Notes under the pieces: generated by a model
Databases searched by the model: none
What the model saw: only the letters and a program-made list of their open reading frames with translations
Told to the model about the DNA's origin: nothing
Position numbers and translations under genes: made by a program
Part shown: piece by piece, positions 1 through 11,081 of the stretch
How positions within the stretch are numbered: position 1 is the stretch's first letter
Layout: the number at the start of each line of letters is the position of its first letter
NCBI GenBank assembly: GCA_025594325.1
Contig: JANHCV010000007.1
Span: 434,001 to 498,000, forward strand
DNA from: Blastocladiella emersonii ATCC 22665
Lineage: Eukaryota; Fungi; Blastocladiomycota
DNA length: 64,000 bases
Direction of reading: 5' to 3'

Positions 1-2055
1 GGGTGGGTCGCGGTCGTGCCGAAGACGGCGGCGGCGTTCAGCGGCGTGGCCGAGCGCGCGGCGCGGTACTTCTTGACGGACGCGGTGCAGCGCGCGATCG
101 TCACGCAGTTCAGGCTCGCGCCCGCGCGGGCGGCGGTGGCTACGGGTCCGTTGCCGGTCGTGTGGTGGCGGGAGCAAGGGACTGACCGCGGCGACTTTGT
201 AGACCCGACCATGTGCCCCGCGATCCCGGCGTGCGCGTATAGCCTGAACACTCGCGTACGCTATCCTCTCCACACACCGTGGCCAATCCACTCACACCCC
301 CTCCCCGTGTAGCTCGTGTACCGCCCCGCCGCCGCTTCGGGCGCCAAGTACTCTGTGGTGTCACAGGCGATCGCCGAGACGTGGCGGAGCGTGCTGACGG
401 GGCAGTCCGTGGACCCCGCGCGCGCCATCACCGGTCTCTCGTCAACCCTCGCGTCGATCCTGTCGCTCGACGTGCTCGGCCCGCCGACAAACGTGTCGGC
501 CGACTCGGACCTCGCCCTGCTCGTCACCGGTTTGGGCCTGATCGGCCTATTCGCGGTGTTCAACACAGCGATCGCGCTGACGATCCTCAAAAAGCGCCCC
601 CGTATCCGCCGGCTCGCGCCGTCGCTCATGACGCTGATGCTGTCGGGCCTGTGTCTCGGGTACATTTCCGTGTTCGTGTACATCGGGGTCCCGACGGCCG
701 CGACATGCATCCTGCGGCCGTGGGTGCTGGGGACCGCGTTCACGGTGACGCTGGCGGCGTCCGGGTTCAAGAACTTCCGCATCTTCATCGTCGTGTGCAA
801 CCCCTACGCGAAGACGGCGAAACTCGACGACCGGCAGCTGTTCCGGTGGATCGGCGGGGTGCTCGCCGCGCTCGCGGTGCTGCTGGTCGCGTGGATGGTG
901 GCGGACCCGCCGCGGCCCATCGTCGTTGACCTGGCCACCTCGCGGTACGTGTCGTGTGGCGGGAGCGGCAACGGCGGCGCGGTGTCGACCTTCTTTCTCG
1001 TCCTCGTGTACCTGTTCATGGCGGTCCTCCTGTGCGTCAACCTGTTCGTGGCGGCCAAGACGCGGCGCGCGGGCAAGGACTACTCCGAGTCCAAGGCCAT
1101 CGGGATCTCCATCCACACGATCACGCTTCTCGCCCTCGTCACGGTGACCCTGACGGCGGTCGAAGGGCTCCCGCAGCCGTTGTATTTTACGGTGCGCGCG
1201 CTCGCGATCCTGATTGCGACGTCCGTGTTCCTCGTCTCCTTCTTCTTCCCCGTCCTCTGGCGCGAGATCAAGCCGCACCTCGGGACCTCCGCGACGCCTG
1301 GGCCAGCGACCATGGCGCTCGCCGTCGCCCCGCCCGCTCCGGCGCCGAAACCAGCACCGGCGGTGCCGGCACCTGAGCCCGCGGCGGCAGCCCTCGTCAA
1401 GGCCGACCCGTCGCTCTCGCACGTCACGGTTCCACAGCCCGACTCGGCATCGGCCCTCGCCGCGCAACTCACCCCGCTCCCGCCCACGGTCCCGCGGCGC
1501 CGCGGGTCCGTCTTCTCGGCGCTCCCGACGTCCATCGACACGGCGACCGCGGCCACGGCGGCCGTGATCGAGGGCGCGCTGACGGCAAGGCGCGGGAAAT
1601 CCGCGCTGCGCCTACAACTCGCGCCGTGGTCCGCGGTGCGGGCCGTGTTCATCCCCTCGCTCCGCATCCTGACGCTCATCTACCTCAGCGACCCGGACGC
1701 GGCGGCCGACGCGATGGGCGTGCTCGACGCGGCCGTGGTGCCGCTGGACAAGGTGACGGGCGTGTACCTGCAGGAGGAGGAGGTGGACGAGGATGATGAG
1801 GCCGAGGGCGGCGGCGCGGCGGGGGGAGGTGGGGAGCCGCAGTCGGTCCTGGTCTCGTTCGTCCTCGACGCGAAACCGTACATGTACGAGGTCATGGCCG
1901 CGCACCCGGCCGCGGTGCTCGGGTGGGCCGAGGCGATCAATGCGGTGCGTGCCGGGAGCAGGAAGGTCGAGGCCAAGGGCGCGCCAGGCGCTGCGGGCGC
2001 GGGCGGGAAGGGCAAGGAGAAGCAGAAGCGGATTGTGGGGAGTCGCGCCGAGTAG
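1..2055 (+). CDS. Class C (GABA-B-like, 7tm_3) GPCR with C-terminal PH-like domain; 5'-partial; intron 256-312
   Basis: Seven hydrophobic segments with class C hallmarks (LMLSGLCLGY, CILRPW, KNFRI..., AAKTRRAGKDYSESKAIG). C-terminal IEGALTARRG..WSAVRAVF..YMYEVMA..VLGWAEAINAV resembles a PH fold. GTACGC..TAG intron joins the frame-1 upstream exon in frame. Confidence 0.85.
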
Positions 2056-2275
2056 AGTCGGAGGCGAATAGATTTGGTTTCTGTCGTCAACTTGGCCACG
2101 GCCATGGGCATGACCATCACTCGCGCGGCCGTGGCCATGGCCGCCTCGCGCATGATCTCAAAAGAGCCCGCGTCGCACATTCTTTCAACAGAGCCAGCAG
2201 TGACGATTGAAAATAGGTTCATTTGATCAAGGGTGAGATATACAAGGGGAGGGGTACAATCAAATCAAGTCAACG

Positions 2276-4303
2276 TCACTCAGACGCCTTGGCCGTCGCG
2301 GCCGCGGGTGCGCCGCCGCCCGTCGCGCCACGGATCCCCGGCGGCGCCGAACTCAGCGCGGCAGCCGCAGCGGCGTAGCTGGAGAACGACGCCGAGTACG
2401 ACGGCGTCGTCGTCCCCACCCCCGCCCCCGCTCCCTGGGCCCCACTCGCAGCCGCTCCACTCGGCGCCGGCGGCTGGATCCCGGCCGCCGCCGCAATCGC
2501 CGCGTACCGCGCGGCCGCGGCCGCGCGATCATGCCCGTCGCGGTCCACGAGCAGCCCGCGGAGCCACGCGACCTCGGTCTCGAGCTCCTTGACGCGGCGG
2601 TCGAGCTGGTCGTTGCGCGCGGCGAGCTCGGCCGCGTTCTTCTCGAGGGCCTGCTCGCGCGCCTTCTTGCGCAGGCGGAACCGCGCAGACGCGGCCGTGT
2701 TGCGGCGGCGCTTGTCCTCTTCGGGGTCGGCGGGCTTGCCCGACTTGTCGAGGGAGGCGGGGCGAGGGTGGCCGTCGTCGTCGGCGTGGTCGGCGTCGTC
2801 GTCCGAGTGGTGGTGGTGGTCGAGGTCTGCGTCGGGCGCGGGCGCTGGGGCGACGGGCGCGGGGGCGCGCTTCTCGGACGCCGCGTCGGTGGCGTCCTTG
2901 GCCTTTTTGGCCGACTTGCCGGCCGTGGACGTCGACGCGCGCTTGCGCTTATTCGACGCCGCCGCAGCGGGTTCCGGTGCCGGCGTTGGTGGCACCGCGG
3001 CTGGCTCGAGCGGGCGCACGGGTGCCGGAGCAAGTACTGGCGCAGCGGCGGGACGCGGAATAATGGCCGAGAGCGCCGACGAGGGAGCGTTGGCGGCGAG
3101 GCGCGACGCGAGCGACGTGTCCGACGAAGCAACGGAGATCGGGTGCGGGGTACTCGACGGCGAGGACTCGGAGGAAGAGGAGGAAGAGGGCAGCGGAGGG
3201 AAGTTGAAGAGCGGCGGGAGCGAGCTCGTCGATGCCGCCGCCGATGGTACCGGTGCAGGCGCAGCGGGCGGAGGCGGGGCAATGGACGCGGTGCCGAGGT
3301 GCGCGGCGGGACCCAGGAGCGAGGTGGCGAGGCTCGACGGCGGCGGGACCGGTGCAGCGGCCACTACCGGCGCGGGTGCGGGCGGTGCAGGCGGCGCCGG
3401 AGGACCAGGCGGCGGCCCGCCGACCTGGGCGACCTGGACGGGGACCATGACCGTGTGCCCCGTCGACGACTGCTGCAGCATGTAGGCGGCGCCATTGGGA
3501 CCAAAGACGATCTGCGGGCCCGCGGGCGGTGCCGGTGCCGGCTGAGCCGCGGCTGCGTAGGGCGGGATGGGCTGCGGCGGGTGCGGATGCTGCTGGTAGT
3601 GCGAGGGGAGGTAGTGGTGGTGCGGCTGCGGGAGCGGGGCGGGCGTCGGCGCCGTTGCCGCGTAGGGCGGAAGCTGCGGCAGGAGCTGCTGGTGAAGGCT
3701 GCCGCTCACGGGCTGCGGCGCCTGCTGGGGCTGCGACTGCGGCGGCGGCGGCTGAGGGCGCTGGTAGACGAGCGGCTGCTGCTGCTGCTGGTGCGGGAGC
3801 TGCTGCGAGTGCGGGACGAGGGCAAAGTTCGGGTACGCGGTGGACGAGGACGACGAGGCGGCGGCGTCCTTGGCCTGCAGCAGGCCGGCGCGGGCCATGA
3901 AGCTGTCGATGATGCCCTCGGAAAGCGGCGGGAGGCCGGGGTGCCCGGGCGGTGCCGGCGGCGCGTCGAGCGAGTTGAACTGGGTGTTGGCAAAGGCATT
4001 GGCGGCGGCGGACGAGGAAGAAGAGGGAGCGGCCGACGAGGTGGGCGGGGCCGGGCCGGCGGCGAGCAGATCGTCGGCGAACGTGAACTGGGCCTCGGAG
4101 AAGAAGGCGAGCTGCTCGTTGAGCTGCTCGGCCGACAGCGGCGGCAGGCCGTCGTCGTCGTCGGGCAGGTCGAGCAGCGCCGACAGCTGGTAGTCGGCCG
4201 CGAGGTTTGTCGGTTGCGGTTGCGGCGGTTGCTGCTGGCCCTGCTGCTGCTGCTGGCCGTTGCCGGCGGCAAAGTGGTGGTGGTTGCCGTTGAACGAGGC
4301 CAT
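2276..4303 (-). CDS. bZIP transcription factor, MetR/Cys-3/Met4-like, with long Q/P/A-rich activation region
   Basis: KRRRNTAASARFRLRKKAREQALE..L......L......L basic region and zipper. Most plausible start is MASFNGN at 4303. Confidence 0.85.
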   Translation of the reverse strand: MASFNGNHHHFAAGNGQQQQQGQQQPPQPQPTNLAADYQLSALLDLPDDDDGLPPLSAEQLNEQLAFFSEAQFTFADDLLAAGPAPPTSSAAPSSSSSAAANAFANTQFNSLDAPPAPPGHPGLPPLSEGIIDSFMARAGLLQAKDAAASSSSSTAYPNFALVPHSQQLPHQQQQQPLVYQRPQPPPPQSQPQQAPQPVSGSLHQQLLPQLPPYAATAPTPAPLPQPHHHYLPSHYQQHPHPPQPIPPYAAAAQPAPAPPAGPQIVFGPNGAAYMLQQSSTGHTVMVPVQVAQVGGPPPGPPAPPAPPAPAPVVAAAPVPPPSSLATSLLGPAAHLGTASIAPPPPAAPAPVPSAAASTSSLPPLFNFPPLPSSSSSSESSPSSTPHPISVASSDTSLASRLAANAPSSALSAIIPRPAAAPVLAPAPVRPLEPAAVPPTPAPEPAAAASNKRKRASTSTAGKSAKKAKDATDAASEKRAPAPVAPAPAPDADLDHHHHSDDDADHADDDGHPRPASLDKSGKPADPEEDKRRRNTAASARFRLRKKAREQALEKNAAELAARNDQLDRRVKELETEVAWLRGLLVDRDGHDRAAAAARYAAIAAAAGIQPPAPSGAAASGAQGAGAGVGTTTPSYSASFSSYAAAAAALSSAPPGIRGATGGGAPAAATAKASE

Positions 4304-4789
4304 GGTGGTGTCGCGCGATGGAGGGCGGGAGAAGGTGCAAGGATGGCGCGAGTCGAGGAAGAAGAGGGGGAGCGGCGCCTCAAGAGGGGCTGGTGCGGGC
4401 TGCGGCGATGGCGGCGGCGAGGGCGCGCGTAGCGTAACGTGTTGAGGCGACGACGGGAGGTCGGGAGAGCGGTAGCACGGTGCAATCGATGGTCGCGGTC
4501 GCGGTGCACCGAGTCGCGCGTGGAGGGGAGTGCGGCGCGAGGACGGCTTAATCGCAGCCGTGGTCGGCCGACCCGCCGCCTTAGTCACGCCGATGCGGGA
4601 TGGCGCCATCCCACGTGCGACCTGCAGCGCCACGGCCCGCTGAATTCGCCGTCGCGTCAGATAATCGCGCACGTGCGCGGTGGCATCACTCCGGGTCCCA
4701 CGCGCCGCTCGGCTCGTGACTTCCGCCGACGCGAGCACTGTTCGTGACTGAGCGATCGGCGACGCCCTCTCTCCCCACGCACACACACC

Positions 4790-5767
4790 ATGACCGATAC
4801 AATGAATGCTACTACGACAGACACCATGAACCCACCACCAGCTCATGAAGAGCCCGTCACCGTCTTCGACGAGACGGCCGAGGCCGTGTCCCGCGCGCGC
4901 GACCTGTACCAGGCGGGCGACCTGAACGCGGCGCTGGCCCTCGTCACGCCCATTGCCGCCGCCGCGCGCCCGCCCGTCACGCCCGCCCAGCGCGCCGCCT
5001 GGCCCCTCTTCTTCGCCTGCACCGCCCAGGCCGGCGTCGCCATCTCCGAGGACGACTTCCGCGCTGCCCGCGACGAGACGTTACTCCCGCTACTGTACGC
5101 TTCGTCACTTGTTCACTGATCCCGATCGAAGCTCACCCCACAAGACAGCCTCCTCAACCGCTCCGCCGAAGCCCAGATCGACCTGCTCGACCGCATCATC
5201 CCGTCGCTGTGCGACCTGCGCACGCGCCTCGAGGCCGCCGAGGTCTGGACCGCCCGCGTCACGTCGCTCGCGCGCCCCGCCGCCGAGGCCGCCGTCGCGC
5301 GCGCCGCCGCCGAGTGGCTCGACGACGCCGACCGCGTCCGAATCCTCGCCACCATCGCCGAGATCACGCCCTCTACCGAAAAGACCGCGGCGCTCGCTCC
5401 GGTCCCGCCAACGGCCGCTGCCGCGCTTGACCGCGCCATCACGCCGCTTGAACCGAGTTCGGGTACCGCGGGCACCGTCTCGCCAGCGGCCCCGCGCTCG
5501 CCGCGCCGCCGCCACGGCCGCCCGTCCGTCGACGTGGCCGTCGACCGCCTCATGGACCTGCTGCGCCAGTTCCTCGCCCGCGCGACGGCGGCGATGCAGT
5601 CGCACCTCGGGATCCCCGAACGCCACGCGCGGCTCGCGGCCTCGTGGACCCTGACGTCGCTCGTTGTCGCGCTGTTCGCGTGGTTCTTGAACCGCCGCAA
5701 CCGCCAGATTTTGGGACTGGTTGCGCGGGTCAATGGGTGGGTCCAGTCGCACATGTCGCTCGTATAG
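4790..5767 (+). CDS. Unknown tail-anchored membrane protein; intron 5095-5148
   Basis: Spliced frame is continuous (..LLPLL|LLNRSAEAQIDLL..). Single C-terminal hydrophobic helix WTLTSLVVALFAWFL followed by NRRNR. Confidence 0.65.
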
Positions 5768-5805
5768 TGGAATAGATGCGCTAGCTAGTTTTGTATTGTT
5801 CCGGG

Positions 5806-8800
5806 TTACCGTGTCAACGGCCGCACCTCGACCGCCCGCGGATCCCTTGCCCGCGCTGCCGCCGCTTCCGCGTCCGCGGACCCTGGCCGCGCACCCGCAG
5901 CTTCGTCCTCCTCGCCGCTCTCCTCCTCGACGATCCCCATGGACTCCTGCCACGCCCGCAGCCGCTGCGCCTCGAGCGCTTCCGACAACGACGAATCGCC
6001 ATCATCATCATCATCGTCATCGTCATCGTCGTCGACCGCCTCCTCCTCGTAGTCGCCAAACTCGTGCCGCCGGTGACTGTGGCTGCCGTGATGCGCGCCA
6101 GCGGTGTTGGTCCACGCCGGCCGCGTCGCATGATGGGCGGTCGCGTCGCCGACCACGATTGACGGCGCGTCGTGCACGGATTCGAGGCTGTCGTCGACGA
6201 CGGGCTGGTCCTCGACGAAGATCGAGATGCGGGACGTCGACATGGCCGCCGCGGGGGTCCGCGCGGTGGGCGCGTGAATGGTCTCGGCGCCGCCGGCGAC
6301 GCTGCCCGTGCTCGTGACCGAGTCGCGCGACCGCTGCGGGCGCGACGCGTAGTGGTTGACGGGCACGCTGCGGCGGGCCGAGGACGGGGGCATCGGGAAC
6401 TCGTCGCTATCGGAATCCGAATCGTCGTCGGCGACCTGCTCGCTGCTGCCGGGGTCGATCATGACGACGGGCCCCGTGCGCGCGTTGATGGCGAGCGACG
6501 ACCCGCTGCTGCCCGTCGGGCTCGCCGCCGACGAGTCGAGGTGTGTCGCGGACCGGACCGAGAGCGACGGCTTGTACACCTGCACCGGGTGGTGGTGGTG
6601 TGCGAGCGCGGGCGTGCTGGACGCGGACATGAGCGAGACGGCCGCGGGGCCCGGCGCGAGCGCGTCGGACGTGGACGCGGGTGGGACCGAGATGACGATC
6701 CCCGCGGCCGCCCCACCACCGCTCAAGTCGTCGTCGTCGTCGTCAAACTCCGAGTACTCGCTCTCCCACGTGAGCCGGCGCACGCGCTCCTCCTCCTCGG
6801 CCGCAAAGTCGCGCGCGTCCTCGTCCCCCTCCTCGTCCTCGTCATCCTCGTCGTCGAGCATCGTCTCGTCGTCTCCGAGAACGCGAGGCCCCGCCGAATC
6901 GTCGCCCGGGAGTTCCGAATCACCCCCACCTTGGCCGTAGTTGAGCTCCATGACACTCCCGCCGGGCGTATCGATCCCGGCGCCGCGGAACCCGTACAGG
7001 TGCATGTTGGACCCGAGCGCGGGCGACCCGTCGATGCGCATCAGCCCGCTGCCGCGCCGCGGCGCGTCCTCGTCGCCGTCTTCCGAATCGCTGTCGCTGT
7101 CCGAGTCATCGTCCCGCGCGACGAACACGGCCGGCGGCGGCGGGCGGAGGTACTCGCTGCCGCCGCTCGGCGACCCGCCGCCCAGGGACCCGCGCCGGCT
7201 CCCGCTACGGCTACCCGAGGGCGACACCGCGCGGCCGTACCCGCCATTCGCCGCGTGCTGCGGCGACAGCGAGGTCGGGGACTGCGGGCGCGACGAGTCG
7301 TCGAAATGCCCGACGCTGCGGAACGCCACGGGCCGCGCGGTCGGGATCGCGAGGAGCGCATCCCCCGAAGCCGCGGGGACCGGGTCCGTCGCGGTCCGCT
7401 GCGGCCGCTCGGTCGCCGACCGGTCCCACGCGGCTTCGGGCGACAGGAACGTCGCGGAGCCGCGGCGCGAGCGTGAGGTGGGTGCGGGGGAGGGCGCGAT
7501 GTTGGCCGACGAGCCCGAGTCGTTGGACGTGTCGTTGCCGCCCGACAGGGCCATCTGCGACTGCGACTCGCGCTCGGGCGCGGTCGACGGGCGTTGTGGG
7601 AGGTCGTCTACACACACACGGGTCAGCTACGGGCGTGGGCCGATCGCGCGAAGAAAGACGTACCCGGCTGCGCGACACTCGGCATACTCTGCGCGCGCCG
7701 TCCGCGCCGCCGGCCCGTGAGGCTCTGGATGCTGTTGGAGAGGCGGCGAAACTGCTTCTTGATGCGGTCGAGGAGCCCGTGGGTGACGGCGTCGCGGACC
7801 TCGGCCTCGGTGACCTGGACCGTCTCGTAGTGGATCGGGTCCGTCTCACGCAACCACCGCGCGACCTCGGCCTCGCCACCCAGATCGCGCGTCGTCCACG
7901 GGTGCTTCTTGATCTGCGCGAGCGTGAACCGCGTGTCCGGGTTCTTGTCGAGGATCCCGCGGAACAGGTCCTCGAGGTCGCGGTCGAGCGGCGGCGACGG
8001 CGGGAACGTGAGCGGCTGCACCGGGATCTTCTCGAACAGCTCAAACTCGCTGTCGGCGACGAACGGGCACACGCCAAAGTACAGGCAGTACAGCGTCACC
8101 CCCACCGCCCACACGTCAATGGCTTTCGTGACGGCCGGCGGACCGCCCGACCCGCGCCGACCGGACCCGTCGTCGTCGCTGCCCACGTCGCCGACCCCGC
8201 CGAGAACGCACAGCTCGGGCGCGAAGAAGGCCGGCGAACCCGCTGTCTTGCCGAGCTCCTCGGCGTCCTCCTCGGTGCCCTCGGCGTCGGCCGGCTCGCC
8301 ACTGCCTCCGCTGCCGTCCTTTTTGCTCCGCTTGAACGCGAGCGCGATCGCGCTGAGGTTGATCGACGACCGCCGCTTCGCGATGGCCTTCTGCTCGCGG
8401 CGGAACTGGCGGCGCGAGAAGTGCGAGACGCCGAAATCAGATACCTTGACGGTGCCGTCGACGGCGCGCAGCAGGTTCGCCGGCTTGATGTCGCGGTGGA
8501 TGATCCCCTGCGTGTGCAGGTACTCGATCCCGACGACCACGTCGCGGAAGATGTGGCGGCACTCGGCTTCCGACAGCGCGGGGGTGCCTTCCGAGAGCAG
8601 CTCGGACCGCGAGTCGGCGAGACCTAGGCGCGATCCGCCGAACACCATGCTCCCGTTCACGCTGCTCCCGCCTGCGGGGCCCGTGCCGTGGCTCGGCGGC
8701 GCGCCGCCGGCCGACGCGCGGGAGGTCGGCAGCGAGTCGTTCGAGTTGGCGCCCGACCCCGCGGAGCCCGGGTACTGCCGCTTCCACTTGATCTCGCCGC

Positions 8801-10390
8801 CCGCCAGGTACTCGAGCACCATGTACACCTTGTCGCTGGCCGGGTCGTCGATCACCTCGAACAGCTGGACCACGTTCGGATGGATGCACTTTTTCATGAT
8901 GGCGATCTCGCGCCGGATCTTCTCGAGCTGCGGGGAGACCGGTGGGGACCCGCCGTGCTGCTGCATCCGGCTCACGTTCGACAGGCCCAGACGCCGCGTG
9001 CGCGTCGTCTTGCGGATGATTTTCATGGCCTAGATTTCGGGCGGGTGGTCAGTAGGCGCGGTGAGCGCAAATGCCCGAAGTGACGTACGAAAAGCTCCCC
9101 CGTCTCGGTATGCCGCGCGAGCTTGACCTTACCGTGGACCCCGCGGCCGAGCTCCTGCAGGATCATGTAGTGGTTGATGCACTTGAACCCGGACACGTCG
9201 TCAATCGACTTGACCAGCGCGTGCGTCTCGATGACGGGCGACCCGCGGTGCATCGAGCTGACGCTCCCCGGCGACTCGCTCCGCATCGACAGCGAGTGCA
9301 TGGACCCCGCCGGCGACCCCGCGGGTACCGCCATGGTCGCCGTCGACGCGTACGCGGACCCGGCGCCCGACGAGCCCGTCAGGATGGACAGGGAACCGCC
9401 CGATGTCCGATGCGACGGCGGCGTCTGTGCCGGCGCGCCGCCGGGGCCGAGGTAGCCCATCGACGAGGTCGGGGAGAGCAGCGTCGTAGACCCGTACGGC
9501 GACAGCAGGTTGGTCGACCCGTGCGGCGACAGCAGGTTCATCGAGGCCGCGGGGGAGAGGAACTGCGTCGACTCGCCGCGGTACCCAGCACCCGTGCGGC
9601 CCAGCGGCGTGCCGACGCTCGGCCACGCCCCACTGCTGTGTGACGACGCGGTGCCGCCGGACCCCATACTCCCCGCGCTCCCACCGCCGACGCCGAGCGC
9701 GGGGACCCCGATCGACAGCCCGTTCTCGTCGGCCGTCAGCATCCCGTTGCTGCTCGCCATGGACGCGGCCGACGACGCGGTGGTGACGGCGAGCCGCGGG
9801 TTCCCCGGCAGGCCGAGCGTCGACGACCCGCCGATGCTCATCTGGCTATGCTGCGTCGACGAGCCGGGCGACAGGCCCGAGCTCCCCCCGCCACCGCCAG
9901 AGGGGGACAGCGCCCACGCCGAAGCGGACGTCGACGACGCGCCGCCGTTGCTCGGCGACGCCGACTTGCTGAGCGACAGGCGGAACAAAGACCGCGCGGA
10001 TTTCGCGCGGCCCAGCGGGACCCCCGCGGGCGCGAGCCGCGGCGGCGTCGCGGTGCCGGCCGGGGATACATCGAGGGTCGGCGTGATCGGTGGAGACGGT
10101 GGTGGTGGCTCGGTGAGCGCTGGAACGCGGAGTGGTGGTGATTGAGGTTGAAGCGGCGGAGACACGGACAGCGACGAGCGGCTGCCGCTGTTCCGGCTGC
10201 CGGCGCGGAACAGACGCGGGGTGGACGAGGCGGCGGCGTCGGCCGACGTCGGGCGGCGCGGCGGCGAGGCCGCGGGTTGTTGGTCGGCGGTGGTCGTTGG
10301 TGGTGTGGGTGGCGGCGGAGTCGAGGAGCCCGAGCTAGAGGACAGCAGCTTGGTGCTGCCGCCGAAGCGAAAGTGCGGCGACGGGCCCAT
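5806..10390 (-). CDS. Ser/Thr kinase, CAMKK family (Sak1/Ssp1/Elm1-like); introns 9030-9088 and 7608-7663
   Basis: GRGVHGKVKLA, ELF|AMKII, EIAIMKKC, HRDIKPANLL, DFGVS, GSPAFFAPE, DVWAVGVTLY. Long S-rich N-terminus and acidic C-terminus. Start at 10390 is inferred. Confidence 0.9.
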
Positions 10391-11081
10391 GGTCGGGTTG
10401 GCGGTCGGCGATCCAGTGCACCGAGTCGCGCCGGGATTAATGCGGGTGGTTGATATCGTAGCGATGGAGGGGGGCGCGGGTGAGCGAGAGGGAGCTGGTG
10501 AGGGGAGGATAACCGTGGAGCCGGAGAGAGCAGCACTAAAGGGCGTCCCCCACGCCCGCCTGAGATATCTTGCGTGCGTGCGGGCGGTATTCGGGGACCC
10601 GTCCGGCCGCGATACATGGCGTATGAGGTGCGGGACACACGCGCACGTGCGCGCGAACAACGCGTCGCGGCGCGGTGAGGCGCGGCGAGGGCGGGCCTGC
10701 CGCTCGCTTCACCTCTCCGACGCTCTTGATCGAGGACGAAGCCAGAGGTACCTCTGACGAAGCCCGCCCCTCCGAAACCACGCGATGGAGCTCTCAACTG
10801 AGCTGTCAACTTGCTAGACGGAGGGAGCTCGCAAGTACTGGACCCGCGGGCGCGTGAGCGTGGACTTCGGACCCTGACCGAGTCGCCGTGGAGACAGTCC
10901 ACAGACCTCGATGATCATGGTTCAGGAAATGGAGTGAGACGCTTCAAACCGCGTCGAAAAATCACGCCAGGCCCGTGTGATGCCAAGGAAGCGACAGTAG
11001 AGAGAGGCCAGTAAGCGGTCCGGGACGTATCAAGCCGGCCGCCGCTCCCACGCTTCCTCTCTCCCCTTAAGCCCCACTATC

